Positions 1-10,296 of a stretch of 47,717 nucleotides of DNA are shown in pieces. The position numbers and the translations under genes are program-made. Positions within the stretch are counted from its first letter, which is position 1; each line of letters starts with the position of its first letter. The notes below the pieces were generated by a model, which saw nothing but the letters and a program-made list of their open reading frames with translations, ran no database searches and had not been told where the DNA came from. Source of the DNA: Gammaproteobacteria bacterium (lineage in GTDB: Bacteria; Pseudomonadota; Gammaproteobacteria; Steroidobacterales; Rariloculaceae); assembly GCA_038125265.1 (NCBI GenBank), contig JAYPDM010000008.1, forward strand, positions 1,784 through 49,500, in the 5' to 3' direction.

Positions 1-2
1 GA

Positions 3-128
3 GTCATTAGTGGTATGGATATCATTGATCTTATTGGGGAAAGGCAGACCGGAGCTGGCGGTCCCTTTGCATCAGATGTTCCGATGGATCCTGTTATTAT
101 CTTAGAGGCTGAAGTCTTAAGGTATTGA
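3..128 (+). CDS. ppiB: Cyclophilin-type peptidyl-prolyl isomerase, C-terminal fragment (cut by window edge)
   Basis: Frame 3 reads VISGMDIIDLIGERQTGAGGPFASDVPMDPVIILEAEVLRY*, like the cyclophilin C-terminus; TGATG overlap with lpxH, the usual ppiB-lpxH pair. Confidence 0.8.
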   Translation, partial: VISGMDIIDLIGERQTGAGGPFASDVPMDPVIILEAEVLRY

Positions 129-907
129 TGCACTATTATTTCATCTCGGATCTTCACCTTTCAAAAGAAAATCCTGAGACGCTGAGCGATTTTAAGAATT
201 TCTCTCAGAACTGTATCAAACCAAATTCTCAAGTATACATCCTGGGAGACCTATTCGAAGTTTGGATCGGTGATGATCATGAAGATAACTTCTATGATGA
301 GGTCAAAAAAAATATATCTGCCATTTCAGAAAATGGAAATGAACTATTCTTTTGTCATGGAAATAGAGATTTTCTTATTGGAGAAAAATTTTTAAAAGAA
401 ACCCAAATGACACTCATGGCAGATGAGACATGCATTACGATCAATGATCTTCGTTTATTGATTATGCATGGAGATCAACTTTGCACCCATGATGTTGCTT
501 ATCAAGAGTTTAGATCAATGGTGAGATCCCCTGATTGGAAAAATGCTTTTTTGTCACTTGAAATCGAAGAAAGAGAAGAGAAGGCAAGACAGCTTAGGGA
601 GAAAAGTAAACAATCAAATGCTAATAAATCTGATGTTGCCATGGATACAAATTCATTAACCGTCAGAGAATACTTTGAAAACTATAATCCAGATATTTTG
701 ATCCATGGTCATACGCACAAGCCTGCTATACACAATGAGACCTTTTTTATCGATAAAAAAATTTATCCTCAGCCTTCACATGGAATAAGGGTTGTTCTTG
801 GAGACTGGGATAAAAAAGAAAAGGTCCTTTGTATTAAAGACAATCAACTAACGATTAATCATATAGGACCTGATGGCCTTGAAATCATAGAACAGAGGAC
901 TGTTTAG
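128..907 (+). CDS. lpxH: UDP-2,3-diacylglucosamine diphosphatase
   Basis: DLHL, GDLFEVWIGDD, GNRDF, HGD, HGHTH, VLGDW motifs; ATG at 128 overlaps upstream stop. Confidence 0.95.
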   Translation: MHYYFISDLHLSKENPETLSDFKNFSQNCIKPNSQVYILGDLFEVWIGDDHEDNFYDEVKKNISAISENGNELFFCHGNRDFLIGEKFLKETQMTLMADETCITINDLRLLIMHGDQLCTHDVAYQEFRSMVRSPDWKNAFLSLEIEEREEKARQLREKSKQSNANKSDVAMDTNSLTVREYFENYNPDILIHGHTHKPAIHNETFFIDKKIYPQPSHGIRVVLGDWDKKEKVLCIKDNQLTINHIGPDGLEIIEQRTV

Positions 908-2412
908 CTCGCGGCATCAATCTCGAGTTCATTCTGTAGGGTAATACTATCTCTAAGGGTTCTAATGGCATCAGAACGTTGCGCTTCAAGTTCATCTAAG
1001 TATGCTTCTGTGACGTCATTTGTAATGTACTCACCTGAAAAGCAAGAGGTATCAAACTCGGTAACCCCTGAAATCTCATAGGCCACCGCATCAATAAGAT
1101 CCTCCAGATCCTGATAGATCAACCAGTCTGCACCAATATATTCCTGGACCTCCTCTATGGTTCTATTATTAGCCACCAGCTCTGACTTAACGGCCATATC
1201 AATTCCATAGACATTAGGAAACCTTACCGGTGGAGCGGCAGATGCGAAATAAACTTTATTTGCCCCAGCACCTCTCGCCATTTTTATAATTTCCCTAGAG
1301 GTGGTCCCTCTCACTATAGAATCATCCACTAAGAGTACATTCTTATTTTGAAACTCAAGCTCTATGGGATTGAGCTTCCTTCTCACAGAAGCCCTTCTCT
1401 CGCGCTGACCAGGCATTATGAATGTTCGTCCTATGTATCTATTCTTCATAAAACCTTCTCGATACTTAACATTTAATTGGTGTGCAACCTGTAGGGCCGC
1501 CGATCGAGATGTATCAGGAATAGGTATCACAACATCAATGTCATGATTTGGATTTTCTCTAATTATTTTTTTTCCAAGCGCATCGCCCATGCGTAATCTT
1601 GCCTTATAGACAGAGCGTCCATCGATCATCGAATCAGGTCTGGCAAAATAGACAAACTCAAAGATGCATGGAGTGTGTCTTTTCTTTACTGACTCCATTG
1701 AGACAAGTTCACCACTAGTAGTGATAAAAAGACTTTCTCCCGGCTTAATGTCTCTAATACGATTGAACCCTAAAGCGGTCAAAGAGACGCTTTCAGATGC
1801 CACCATGTAATCCTTCTTACCCTCAGTACTTCTCTCTCCAAGAACAAGTGGACGTATTCCATTGGGGTCCCTCATCGCCAAAATTCCTAATCCTGAGAAT
1901 AGTGCGACAATCGCATAACCCCCTGAACAATGCCTATGAATTTCCTGGCTTGCCCTGAGAAGCTTATTAATGTCAGTGATGTCACCGATCTTTTCCAGCT
2001 CATCTGATAATAGATTCAAAATAAGCTCAGAGTCTGATTTTGTAAGTACCTTTCGGCCAAGGTCTTTTGTTATGTATTGATAGAGGGTTTTGTAGTTAAC
2101 AAGATTACCATTATGAGCCAAACTAAATCCTTTTGGCTTTGTCGTAAAGAGAGGTTGCGCCTCATTTGAGCTCGCTGTACCGGCAGTGGGGTATCTCACG
2201 TGCCCAATTCCCATATGTCCTAAGAGCTTTAACATTTGGGTTTCCTGGAATACATCCTTGACCAGGCCGTTTGATTTTATAAGCTCGATTGAGTCGCCAT
2301 TTTGTGTCGCGATGCCTGCTGCATCCTGTCCTCGATGCTGCAAAGTTGTCAGTGCATCGTAAATCTCTTGGACTACATGGTCAGTGCTAACAATGCCTAC
2401 GAGACCACACAT
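904..2412 (-). CDS. purF: Amidophosphoribosyltransferase
   Basis: MCG N-terminus, QHRGQDAAG, GHVRYPTAG, VDDSIVRGTTS. Confidence 0.98.
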   Translation of the reverse strand: MCGLVGIVSTDHVVQEIYDALTTLQHRGQDAAGIATQNGDSIELIKSNGLVKDVFQETQMLKLLGHMGIGHVRYPTAGTASSNEAQPLFTTKPKGFSLAHNGNLVNYKTLYQYITKDLGRKVLTKSDSELILNLLSDELEKIGDITDINKLLRASQEIHRHCSGGYAIVALFSGLGILAMRDPNGIRPLVLGERSTEGKKDYMVASESVSLTALGFNRIRDIKPGESLFITTSGELVSMESVKKRHTPCIFEFVYFARPDSMIDGRSVYKARLRMGDALGKKIIRENPNHDIDVVIPIPDTSRSAALQVAHQLNVKYREGFMKNRYIGRTFIMPGQRERRASVRRKLNPIELEFQNKNVLLVDDSIVRGTTSREIIKMARGAGANKVYFASAAPPVRFPNVYGIDMAVKSELVANNRTIEEVQEYIGADWLIYQDLEDLIDAVAYEISGVTEFDTSCFSGEYITNDVTEAYLDELEAQRSDAIRTLRDSITLQNELEIDAAS

Positions 2413-2414
2413 AA

Positions 2415-2933
2415 CTAAGACTCAGAGCCCATTATCTCTTCGGTAACATCTTGACTTGTGTCAATAAGTAAATCCATATCGTTAAATATTGGAAGTTCTG
2501 AATAAATGCTTACGGTCAAACTATCACTCCACCAGTCTCCGAGGTCATTAGTAAAGCTATCTACAAGGTAGTAAAAGACCCCAATAATCACACATGCCTT
2601 GAGCATTCCAAATATTCCACCTAAGAACCTATCGACTCCACCTAAACCAAGATTTTTAATAATGCTTTGGATCGCCTTGATAATCAAATTCCCTATAAAT
2701 AATGCAATTAAGAAAAGTACGATCTGCGCAATAAATAATAAAACCTCTCTGTCCTCAAAAAAGTCAATACTCAAAAACTCAAGTATCCTATTAATGTTTC
2801 TGGTAATAATAATTGCTGCAATCCAATTAAATAATGACAGTATCTCCTTGACCGCCCCCCTTAAAAGTCCAAAAACTAACGATATCACTATGGCCGCGAG
2901 TGTGAGGTAGTCGATCATAAGTATTTCGCTCAT
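2415..2933 (-). CDS. cvpA: CvpA family membrane protein
   Basis: Hydrophobic, GLLRGAVKE and GLGGVDRFLGGIFG motifs; directly upstream of purF. Confidence 0.93.
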   Translation of the reverse strand: MSEILMIDYLTLAAIVISLVFGLLRGAVKEILSLFNWIAAIIITRNINRILEFLSIDFFEDREVLLFIAQIVLFLIALFIGNLIIKAIQSIIKNLGLGGVDRFLGGIFGMLKACVIIGVFYYLVDSFTNDLGDWWSDSLTVSIYSELPIFNDMDLLIDTSQDVTEEIMGSES

Positions 2934-3388
2934 CAGTTTTCCTGAATAAAAATGGGATAACCGTATGAGCTTAAAAGGACCGACACTTCATCGGCTTCAT
3001 CTCTTTGACCAAATGGTCCGATCCAAACACGGAAATTATTCTGATCCTCAATGACCTCAACACTTAACCCAAGCTCAGAAATTCCAGATGCTTGAAGTTG
3101 TGCATTACTAAGGCTTGTAAATATTCCTGTTTGAATAATCCATCCCTCAGAGAGAGATTCATTCATAGGGAATAAATTGATATCTTGAGTGTTTGCTATA
3201 GATTGGACAATCTCATCGTTCAAAGAAATACGGATAGCATTTTGATAGGTGCCGGTTAAAGAATTAAATACCAAATTTGAATTTTCATTCATTCCTTGCG
3301 GTAGTCCGTAGCGTTCAATCAGCAAAGGAAAAACTCCGACAAGCATAATAGAAAAAAACAATAGTCCAGTCAGTCTTTGAAGGATCAT
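2933..3388 (-). CDS. dedD: SPOR-domain cell division protein, DedD-like, short
   Basis: N-terminal TM (QRLTG), SPOR motifs WIIQTGIF and FRVWIGPF; folC-dedD-cvpA synteny. Confidence 0.8.
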   Translation of the reverse strand: MILQRLTGLLFFSIMLVGVFPLLIERYGLPQGMNENSNLVFNSLTGTYQNAIRISLNDEIVQSIANTQDINLFPMNESLSEGWIIQTGIFTSLSNAQLQASGISELGLSVEVIEDQNNFRVWIGPFGQRDEADEVSVLLSSYGYPIFIQEN

Positions 3389-3392
3389 GATA

Positions 3393-4682
3393 CTAGTTTA
3401 GATTATATCCCAATTGCTTCATCAATGGTCCGATTAAATAAAATGAGCCAAATACAATGATACGATCCTCAGCGGTTGTGTTTTTTAATGCGAGTTCAAT
3501 ACAATCTTGTAGTGAATTTGCTATATGCAATTGAGCTTTATGATGACTAAAAAAATTATTAAGCTCATCGATTTTCATTGATCTCTCATTATCAACTTGG
3601 TAGAGGATCCATTGGTCAATTTGACTTAAAAATAATTCTGTTACCCTTTCAATATTTTTATCTCCCATGAGTGAGAAAATAGCTATGGTTTTACCGTCCT
3701 TATTTTCATTATTTTCATTAAATACATTATTAAATAAGTTGACGGCGGACTCTTCGTTATGCGCAACATCAAAATACCAATTTCGATTATGATGTTTGTT
3801 TTTAGTGAATCTTCCTAGAATGTCTGAATCATCAATGGCTTTAATAAAATTAAACTCATTGAATGGTATTTGATCTGTGATAAGTCTTGCTAAGGTTAGG
3901 CAACTCGCAACGTTTAATGCCTGTTCTTTGCCTCCAAAATTTGGCAATTTAAATGATAATTTATAGCCGTCAATATGCTTGTAGTGATAGAACCCGTCTG
4001 GCTGTTTTGATACTGAATATTCAGTGCCGTAACTATTAAAATATAATGAATTTTTTTTTGCGAGCTCCATTACTGAATGAGGCAAATGTTTTCCACCAAA
4101 TACAGCAGGGATATGATCTCTAAATATCCCAGCCTTCTCGCGTCCAATAGAATCTAAATCTTTACCCAGCCATTGGGTATGATCGATTGAAATTCCGGTG
4201 ATAAGACATGCGAATGGGTCAAGAGCATTCGTGGCATCGAGTCGACCCCCAAGGCCCACTTCTAAGATCGCATACTCTATATCCGATTCATGAAATATCT
4301 TAAAGCAGCTAAGAGTCGTGAATTCAAAAAAAGTTAGGGGTATATCTCCTCTTAATGCCTCTATTGATTTAAATGCATCAAGTAACTCTTCGTCAGTTAC
4401 AAAGTTATCCTTAATTCTTATTCTTTCGTGGAAACGAAATAAATGAGGCGAAGTATACGCACCTACCTTGTAGCCCTGTTCTTTAAAATAATTTCTTAAA
4501 AACTCTACACAAGACCCCTTGCCATTGGTACCGGCAACTAAGATTGTTTTGAAGGAAGGTTCCTGGAGAGACATTCTCTCCAGCATCAACCTCATATTCT
4601 TAAGTCCGAGGTCAATCTCAACAGGAGCCAGCGTCTCAATATAACTTAACCACTGATCGATTCGATCTTCTGGCAGGCTCAT
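3393..4682 (-). CDS. folC: Folylpolyglutamate/dihydrofolate synthase
   Basis: VAGTNGKGS, YTSPHL, LEVGLGGRLDATN, DVAHN, FGSF. Confidence 0.97.
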   Translation of the reverse strand: MSLPEDRIDQWLSYIETLAPVEIDLGLKNMRLMLERMSLQEPSFKTILVAGTNGKGSCVEFLRNYFKEQGYKVGAYTSPHLFRFHERIRIKDNFVTDEELLDAFKSIEALRGDIPLTFFEFTTLSCFKIFHESDIEYAILEVGLGGRLDATNALDPFACLITGISIDHTQWLGKDLDSIGREKAGIFRDHIPAVFGGKHLPHSVMELAKKNSLYFNSYGTEYSVSKQPDGFYHYKHIDGYKLSFKLPNFGGKEQALNVASCLTLARLITDQIPFNEFNFIKAIDDSDILGRFTKNKHHNRNWYFDVAHNEESAVNLFNNVFNENNENKDGKTIAIFSLMGDKNIERVTELFLSQIDQWILYQVDNERSMKIDELNNFFSHHKAQLHIANSLQDCIELALKNTTAEDRIIVFGSFYLIGPLMKQLGYNLN

Positions 4683-4688
4683 AAGGCC

Positions 4689-5546
4689 TTAAGTTAGCTT
4701 ACTTTTTAAAAGAATCGATAGAATGCTTGCAACCTTATCGCGCATCTCATTCCTATTCACAATAAGATCGATAGCTCCTTTCTCAAGAAGGAATTCCGCA
4801 GACTGAAATCCTTCTGGGAGCGTCTGTCTCACTGTCTGTTCAATCACTCTTGGTCCAGCAAAACCAATCATTGCCCTGGGCTCTGCAATATTAATATCCC
4901 CAAGCATTGCAAGGCTTGCTGATACTCCACCAGTCGTTGGATATGTCATGATCGAGATATAGGGTATCTTTGCTTTGGCTAGTCTGGCGAGTGCATTACT
5001 CGTCTTTGTCATCTGGAATAAGGAGAATAGCGACTCTTGCATTCTTGCTCCACCGCTTGAGGAAAAACAAATGTAGGGTATTTTTTTATCAATAGAATAC
5101 TCAACACCTCTAACAAATCGTTCCCCCACAGCTGATCCCATTGACCCAGCCATAAATGAAAACTCAAATGCTGATGCAACAACCTTTATACCCTTAATGG
5201 CGCCTGAAAAAGTAATCAGCGCCTCTTTTTCTCCAGAAGACTTGATAGATTTTGAAATTCTGTCGGTATATTTCTTATCATCTCTAAAATTAAGGGGGTC
5301 GGTAGCGCTAATGCTTGAGCCAATCTCATGTTGAGGGCCTTGATCGAGAAACGACTCAAGTCTTTTTCTAGCACCGATATACATGTGATGATCGCACTTT
5401 GGACATACACGTAAATTTCTCTCAAGCTCATTACGATATAATTGAGCTGAGCAAGAATCACACTTGACCCAGACACCTTCAGGAATGGTCTTGTCCCGCT
5501 GGATCGTGCTGATCTTTGAAGGTACTAATTTTTCAAACCAACTCAT
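4689..5546 (-). CDS. accD: Acetyl-CoA carboxylase carboxyltransferase beta subunit
   Basis: C4 zinc finger, [24 protein letters not shown]. Confidence 0.98.
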   Translation of the reverse strand: MSWFEKLVPSKISTIQRDKTIPEGVWVKCDSCSAQLYRNELERNLRVCPKCDHHMYIGARKRLESFLDQGPQHEIGSSISATDPLNFRDDKKYTDRISKSIKSSGEKEALITFSGAIKGIKVVASAFEFSFMAGSMGSAVGERFVRGVEYSIDKKIPYICFSSSGGARMQESLFSLFQMTKTSNALARLAKAKIPYISIMTYPTTGGVSASLAMLGDINIAEPRAMIGFAGPRVIEQTVRQTLPEGFQSAEFLLEKGAIDLIVNRNEMRDKVASILSILLKSKLT

Positions 5547-5574
5547 AAGTCATGCCATTTTTTTGATTAATCTA

Positions 5575-6327
5575 TCAGACATTCCATGCATTGGGAAATT
5601 TTATAGATTCTAGGCATAACCCTTGTGGAGGTGCGGTAGGCCCAGCAAGCTTTCTATCTCTAAGCTCTAGAAGGTTCCGCATCCAGCTAGGATCATATTT
5701 TCCCACGCCAATTTCAATTGCGGTTCCAACAATATTTCTTACCATATGATACAAAAAAGCATTAGCCTCAAGTTTAATACTAATAATGTTTCTATTTTGA
5801 GCCACGGACACCTCAAACATCTCTCTAAAGGGTGACTTGGACTGGCAACCAGAGGCTCTAAAGCTCGAAAAATCATGCTCTCCCACTAGACATATCAATG
5901 ACTCTTTGAGGGCATCAATATTAATTTTCTGCATCACATGCCAACTGTAACGGTGGTGCAGTGAAGACCTTGTAGAAGCATTGTAAATTGTGTAGGAGTA
6001 GCATCTAGCCATAGCAGAGTTTTTTGCATGAAAGCTTGTGTCGACACTTTTAATCCATTTCACTGATATAGATTTAGGGAGCTCAGAGTTAATTCCTGAT
6101 AGCCATTGAAATTCAGATCTATTGCTTGAGCTATCAAAGTGCGCGATTTGTCCTTTTGCATGAACCCCGGCATCGGTCCTTCCTGACCCAATTGGCATGA
6201 CATTTTCATCTGCTACCTTTGAGATTGCGGAGGCCAATTCTGACTGGATGCTGTTATGCACTAACTGAATCTGCCAACCTGAGTAATCGGTTCCATCATA
6301 CTCAACACAAATTGCATATCTTTGCAT
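5575..6327 (-). CDS. truA: tRNA pseudouridine(38-40) synthase
   Basis: YDGT..GWQ, GRTDAGVHA, HDFSSFRA, FLYHMVRNIVG. Confidence 0.97.
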   Translation of the reverse strand: MQRYAICVEYDGTDYSGWQIQLVHNSIQSELASAISKVADENVMPIGSGRTDAGVHAKGQIAHFDSSSNRSEFQWLSGINSELPKSISVKWIKSVDTSFHAKNSAMARCYSYTIYNASTRSSLHHRYSWHVMQKINIDALKESLICLVGEHDFSSFRASGCQSKSPFREMFEVSVAQNRNIISIKLEANAFLYHMVRNIVGTAIEIGVGKYDPSWMRNLLELRDRKLAGPTAPPQGLCLESIKFPNAWNV

Positions 6328-6329
6328 CG

Positions 6330-6695
6330 CTAACTTATGACCTTAGGGCTGACAGATGATATCTGGCTTTCAGTGAGGCGATCTTTAATCGATAAATATT
6401 TTTTCTTGGCCTCTTCAATCTCATTCATTCGAACAAGTGTATCGATCAGGTCCAAACTCATCTGGACTTCAAAATCACTACTTTCAAATTTATGGGTTTT
6501 TTGTTTATTGTCTGATAACTTCTGACTTCTGGATGATTTAATAAAATAAAAAATAATAATAGAAATTAGAATGATGGCGAAGGTTATTGGGATTGGGGCA
6601 ATAGTGATAAGCCATTTGAGATCTTGGATAAGCGCATTGATTGAGATCTGGAAATTCTCGAGGATACGTAGGGTTGTAAATTGATCTTGATTCAA
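6330..6695 (-). CDS. Small membrane protein, probable miniaturised FimV (TM + C-terminal domain)
   Basis: One TM then SLDLIDTLVRMNEIEEAK, similar to the FimV C-terminal LDLA..Y..MGD.EGAR; in the asd-truA slot; start uncertain (TTG). Confidence 0.6.
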   Translation of the reverse strand: MNQDQFTTLRILENFQISINALIQDLKWLITIAPIPITFAIILISIIIFYFIKSSRSQKLSDNKQKTHKFESSDFEVQMSLDLIDTLVRMNEIEEAKKKYLSIKDRLTESQISSVSPKVIS

Positions 6696-6701
6696 TCTTT
6701 T

Positions 6702-7721
6702 TTAGTTTAAGAGTAGTTCTGCAATCTGAATACTGTTAAGGGCCGCCCCTTTTCTTATGTTGTCCGATACTACCCAAAGATTGAGACCATTTTTACATGA
6801 GACGTCTTGACGTACTCTTCCAACATAGACCGCATCATTTCCAGCGCCATGGAATTTTGGTGTTGGGTATTGACCATTTTGCAAGCCATTGATTAATTTA
6901 ATACCTGGTGCAGAGTCGAGCATTTCAATTACTTGTTCTATGTTAGGTGTGATCTCAGTCTCAATATGAAGTGCTTCAGAATGACCATAAAAAACTGGAA
7001 CTCTTACACAAGTTGGATTTACCAAAATACTATTATCATGAAGAATTTTCTTTGTCTCGTTAACCATCTTCATTTCTTCTTTGGTGTACCCATTATCTTG
7101 AAAAACGTCTATCTTGGGGACAACATTGAAGGCAACTGGATGATCCTGATCTCCCAGCTCAGTATCAACACCCGATAGCATTTCTCTGGAGGAGCTCTCG
7201 AGGAGCTCCATAAAACTTCTTCCTGCTCCAGAGGTTGCCTGGTAAGTAGCAACATTCACTCTTTTGACCCTATAGGCATCATGGATGGGCTTCAGGGCAA
7301 CGACCATCTGAATCGTTGAGCAGTTCGGATTTGCAATAATTTTTGTCTCGCTGGCAAGGTGTACGTCACCTGGATTGCATTCTGGCACTACCAGGGGAAC
7401 AGAGTCTTTCATACGGAATTCAGAGGTATTATCTATGACCATTGACCCCTGGGATGCCGCCCTTACCGCGTGTATTCGTGAAACTGAAGCGCCAGCAGAG
7501 AAAAATGCAAAGTCTACCTCTTCAAAATTGAATGAATCAAGCTCAAGCACTGCATACTCTTGACCTTTAAAACTTACTGTTTTCCCTAGGGATCTAGAGC
7601 TCGCTAAGGGGTATAAGTTATCTACAGGAAAATCTCTTTCCTCAAGAATTTCCAGGAGATGCTCCCCAACCAACCCTGTCGCACCTACAATCGCAACATT
7701 ATATTTTTCCTTCTTCTGCAT
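6702..7721 (-). CDS. asd: Aspartate-semialdehyde dehydrogenase
   Basis: GATGLVG, ANPNCSTIQ, YQATSGAG, DNIRKGAALN. Confidence 0.97.
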   Translation of the reverse strand: MQKKEKYNVAIVGATGLVGEHLLEILEERDFPVDNLYPLASSRSLGKTVSFKGQEYAVLELDSFNFEEVDFAFFSAGASVSRIHAVRAASQGSMVIDNTSEFRMKDSVPLVVPECNPGDVHLASETKIIANPNCSTIQMVVALKPIHDAYRVKRVNVATYQATSGAGRSFMELLESSSREMLSGVDTELGDQDHPVAFNVVPKIDVFQDNGYTKEEMKMVNETKKILHDNSILVNPTCVRVPVFYGHSEALHIETEITPNIEQVIEMLDSAPGIKLINGLQNGQYPTPKFHGAGNDAVYVGRVRQDVSCKNGLNLWVVSDNIRKGAALNSIQIAELLLN

Positions 7722-8779
7722 TAGGTATTTTGGCCCCGATGTCTAATAACATGATCGATCAGAACTAATGCGACCATTGCTTCGGCGATAGGTGTAGCTC
7801 TGAGCCCTACGCATGGGTCATGTCTACCAGTAGTCACGATCTCGGTTTCTTGGCCTTTTGTATCGATAGTCTTTCCGGGTACTTGGATACTTGACGTCGG
7901 CTTTAAAGCAATCGACATTAGTAAGTCCTGTCCACTTGATATGCCACCTAGAGTCCCGCCGGATGAATTTTTTTCAAATCCTTTTCCAGAGATTTCATCA
8001 CGATGCTGACTTCCTCTTTGATTGACCACTGAGAAACCATCGCCAATCTCAAAGCCCTTTACAGCATTGATGCTCATCAATCCTTTTGCAAGATCAGCCT
8101 CAAGCTTATCAAATACTGGTTCGCCTAAGCCTACCGGCATGTTTGTAGCACAGATTGTTATCTTTGCCCCAATACTATCGCCCTCTCTTCTCAGGGAGGT
8201 CATAAAATCCTCTATTTCCTGATTTCTACTTGGATCTGGACTAAAGAAGGGGTTGGAAGTGATTGCATCCTTATCTTTAAGAGCAATACTGATCTCACCA
8301 ATTTGTGATAGATAACCAAATATCTCAATGCCAAGATGTTCTTTTAAGAATTTTCTAGCTATGGCGCCAGAGGCAACGCGCATTGCGGTCTCTCTTGCTG
8401 ATGCACGACCTCCCCCACGATAATCTCTAATCCCATATTTTTTAAGGTAGGTAAAATCGGCATGTCCGGGTCTAATTTTATCTTTTATTTTGTCGTAATC
8501 TCGGCTACGTTGATCTTCATTATAAATAACTAGACCAATGGGGGTTCCGGTGGTCTTTCCCTCAAAAACTCCAGAGAGTATTTTTACGGTATCTGACTCT
8601 TTTCTTTGTGTAACAAATTTTGATTGCCCAGGTTTTCTCTGATCTAGATAGATTTGTATATCTTCCTCATTTAGCTCAAGGCCTGGGGGGCAGCCATCCA
8701 CAATTGCACCTAGTGCGACGCCATGACTTTCGCCAAAGGTGGTGACGGTAAAATTTTTTCCGAAAGTGTTTCCTGACAT
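7721..8779 (-). CDS. aroC: Chorismate synthase
   Basis: [32 protein letters not shown]. Confidence 0.98.
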   Translation of the reverse strand: MSGNTFGKNFTVTTFGESHGVALGAIVDGCPPGLELNEEDIQIYLDQRKPGQSKFVTQRKESDTVKILSGVFEGKTTGTPIGLVIYNEDQRSRDYDKIKDKIRPGHADFTYLKKYGIRDYRGGGRASARETAMRVASGAIARKFLKEHLGIEIFGYLSQIGEISIALKDKDAITSNPFFSPDPSRNQEIEDFMTSLRREGDSIGAKITICATNMPVGLGEPVFDKLEADLAKGLMSINAVKGFEIGDGFSVVNQRGSQHRDEISGKGFEKNSSGGTLGGISSGQDLLMSIALKPTSSIQVPGKTIDTKGQETEIVTTGRHDPCVGLRATPIAEAMVALVLIDHVIRHRGQNT

Positions 8780-8811
8780 GTCAGGTATTATCTAACAAAT
8801 AGAATGAAGAA

Positions 8812-9672
8812 TTAAGAAAAATAATCTTTAAGTGCCTGTGCAGTGATCAGGCATACACCCTCGCCACCGTTACTAAAATCGAGCCAAATTGCCTCAAGCC
8901 TTTTATAATAATTTTCGAAGGCTACCTGAGATTCTCCAACCTCAAGAATAAGAATACCATCATCCTGGAGGCGTTCGGAAGCGCCATTGATGAGCCTATG
9001 AATAATATCCAGCCCATCAGCACCACCATCAAATGCCATATCAGGTTCCCATCTGTATTCCTTTGGCAAGTCTTCAATATGTGCTGAAGGAACATAGGGC
9101 GGATTTGAAATAATTAATTTAAATCTTGCATCATTGGGTGGATAAAGATCGCAATGAATAAAGTTGGTTTGCTCACTCACGCCATGCGCAATTGCATTCA
9201 TTTCTGCTTGACGGATGGCTTCCTCAGAGATATCCGTCCCTATGACTTGCACATCTTTGTAGTACTTTGCAATAGCAATAGCGATACAACCTGATCCGGT
9301 ACATAAATCAATTACCTGATCATTCTTCTCTAAGTTTAGCCATGGCTGAAAGTCATCCTCAATTAACTCGCCTATCGGTGACCTTGGAATGATTGTATCT
9401 GGACTTATCGGAAAGATAAGAGAAGCAAATTCAATTTCACCTAAGATATACGCGAGTGGCTTTCTAGAAATAACTCGCTCATTGCAAACATTAGCGATAG
9501 CTCGGTAGTTTTTTGAATGCTCGCTAGCCCAATTCAAAATAATACTAGCCTCATGATCAGCATTGATCGTGCCATGCCCATAATACAGCTCGTGACAATT
9601 AAAATAATCAATGATCAAGTCATACCAATCCTCGGGTCGCTCTTCTGTTAAAATAATGTGTTGTTGTTCCAT
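8812..9672 (-). CDS. prmB: Ribosomal protein L3 N5-glutamine methyltransferase
   Basis: YGHGT, PRSPIGELI, DLCTGSGC, NPPY; upstream of aroC. Confidence 0.95.
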   Translation of the reverse strand: MEQQHIILTEERPEDWYDLIIDYFNCHELYYGHGTINADHEASIILNWASEHSKNYRAIANVCNERVISRKPLAYILGEIEFASLIFPISPDTIIPRSPIGELIEDDFQPWLNLEKNDQVIDLCTGSGCIAIAIAKYYKDVQVIGTDISEEAIRQAEMNAIAHGVSEQTNFIHCDLYPPNDARFKLIISNPPYVPSAHIEDLPKEYRWEPDMAFDGGADGLDIIHRLINGASERLQDDGILILEVGESQVAFENYYKRLEAIWLDFSNGGEGVCLITAQALKDYFS

Positions 9673-9692
9673 ACTGCTGTCTACTGCGCCCT

Positions 9693-10292
9693 ATGAAGAA
9701 AATAGCTATAACATTGTTAACTTTTATTTTATCTCTTTTAATTGCCTGTAGTAATCAGCAAGAGGATTTTGATATTCAACAAGCATTAACAGATGCGACT
9801 TACCTAGGGCAAGGCCTTGAAATTCCAGATTTCAATCTTACTGATCAGAATGCTCAGCTTGCTACCAAAGATCTTTTGCGAGATAGCTATAACCTATTGT
9901 TCTTTGGTTTTACAAATTGTCCTGATATCTGCCCTATCACTCTTGGAATAATCTCTATGATCGAGTTGATCGTTAATGATACGGTTAATCTGATTTTTGT
10001 AAGCGTCGACCCACTTAGAGACTCACCAGAAATGATCAAAAATTACCTCAATAATTTTAATGCTCGTTTCATTGGATTAACCGGCGATGAGGAAGAGCTT
10101 GCGAAACTTTGGAGTGCTCTTGGAATTACGGTTCATAGAATGGATGATCCAGATGGTTCGAGCTATAACGTGACGCATAATGGAACGGTTTTTTTACTAA
10201 ATCCTGAGGGTCGAATGATTGGTCTAACGAACCATCCAGCTGACCCTGTGTCACTTAATCAGGATATCGCTCTCATGATTTCACAAGATTAG
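9693..10292 (+). CDS. SCO1/SenC family copper chaperone lipoprotein
   Basis: Lipobox LIAC, FGFTNCPDICP, SVDPLRD, conserved His (YNVTH). Confidence 0.92.
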   Translation: MKKIAITLLTFILSLLIACSNQQEDFDIQQALTDATYLGQGLEIPDFNLTDQNAQLATKDLLRDSYNLLFFGFTNCPDICPITLGIISMIELIVNDTVNLIFVSVDPLRDSPEMIKNYLNNFNARFIGLTGDEEELAKLWSALGITVHRMDDPDGSSYNVTHNGTVFLLNPEGRMIGLTNHPADPVSLNQDIALMISQD

Positions 10293-10296
10293 TCTG

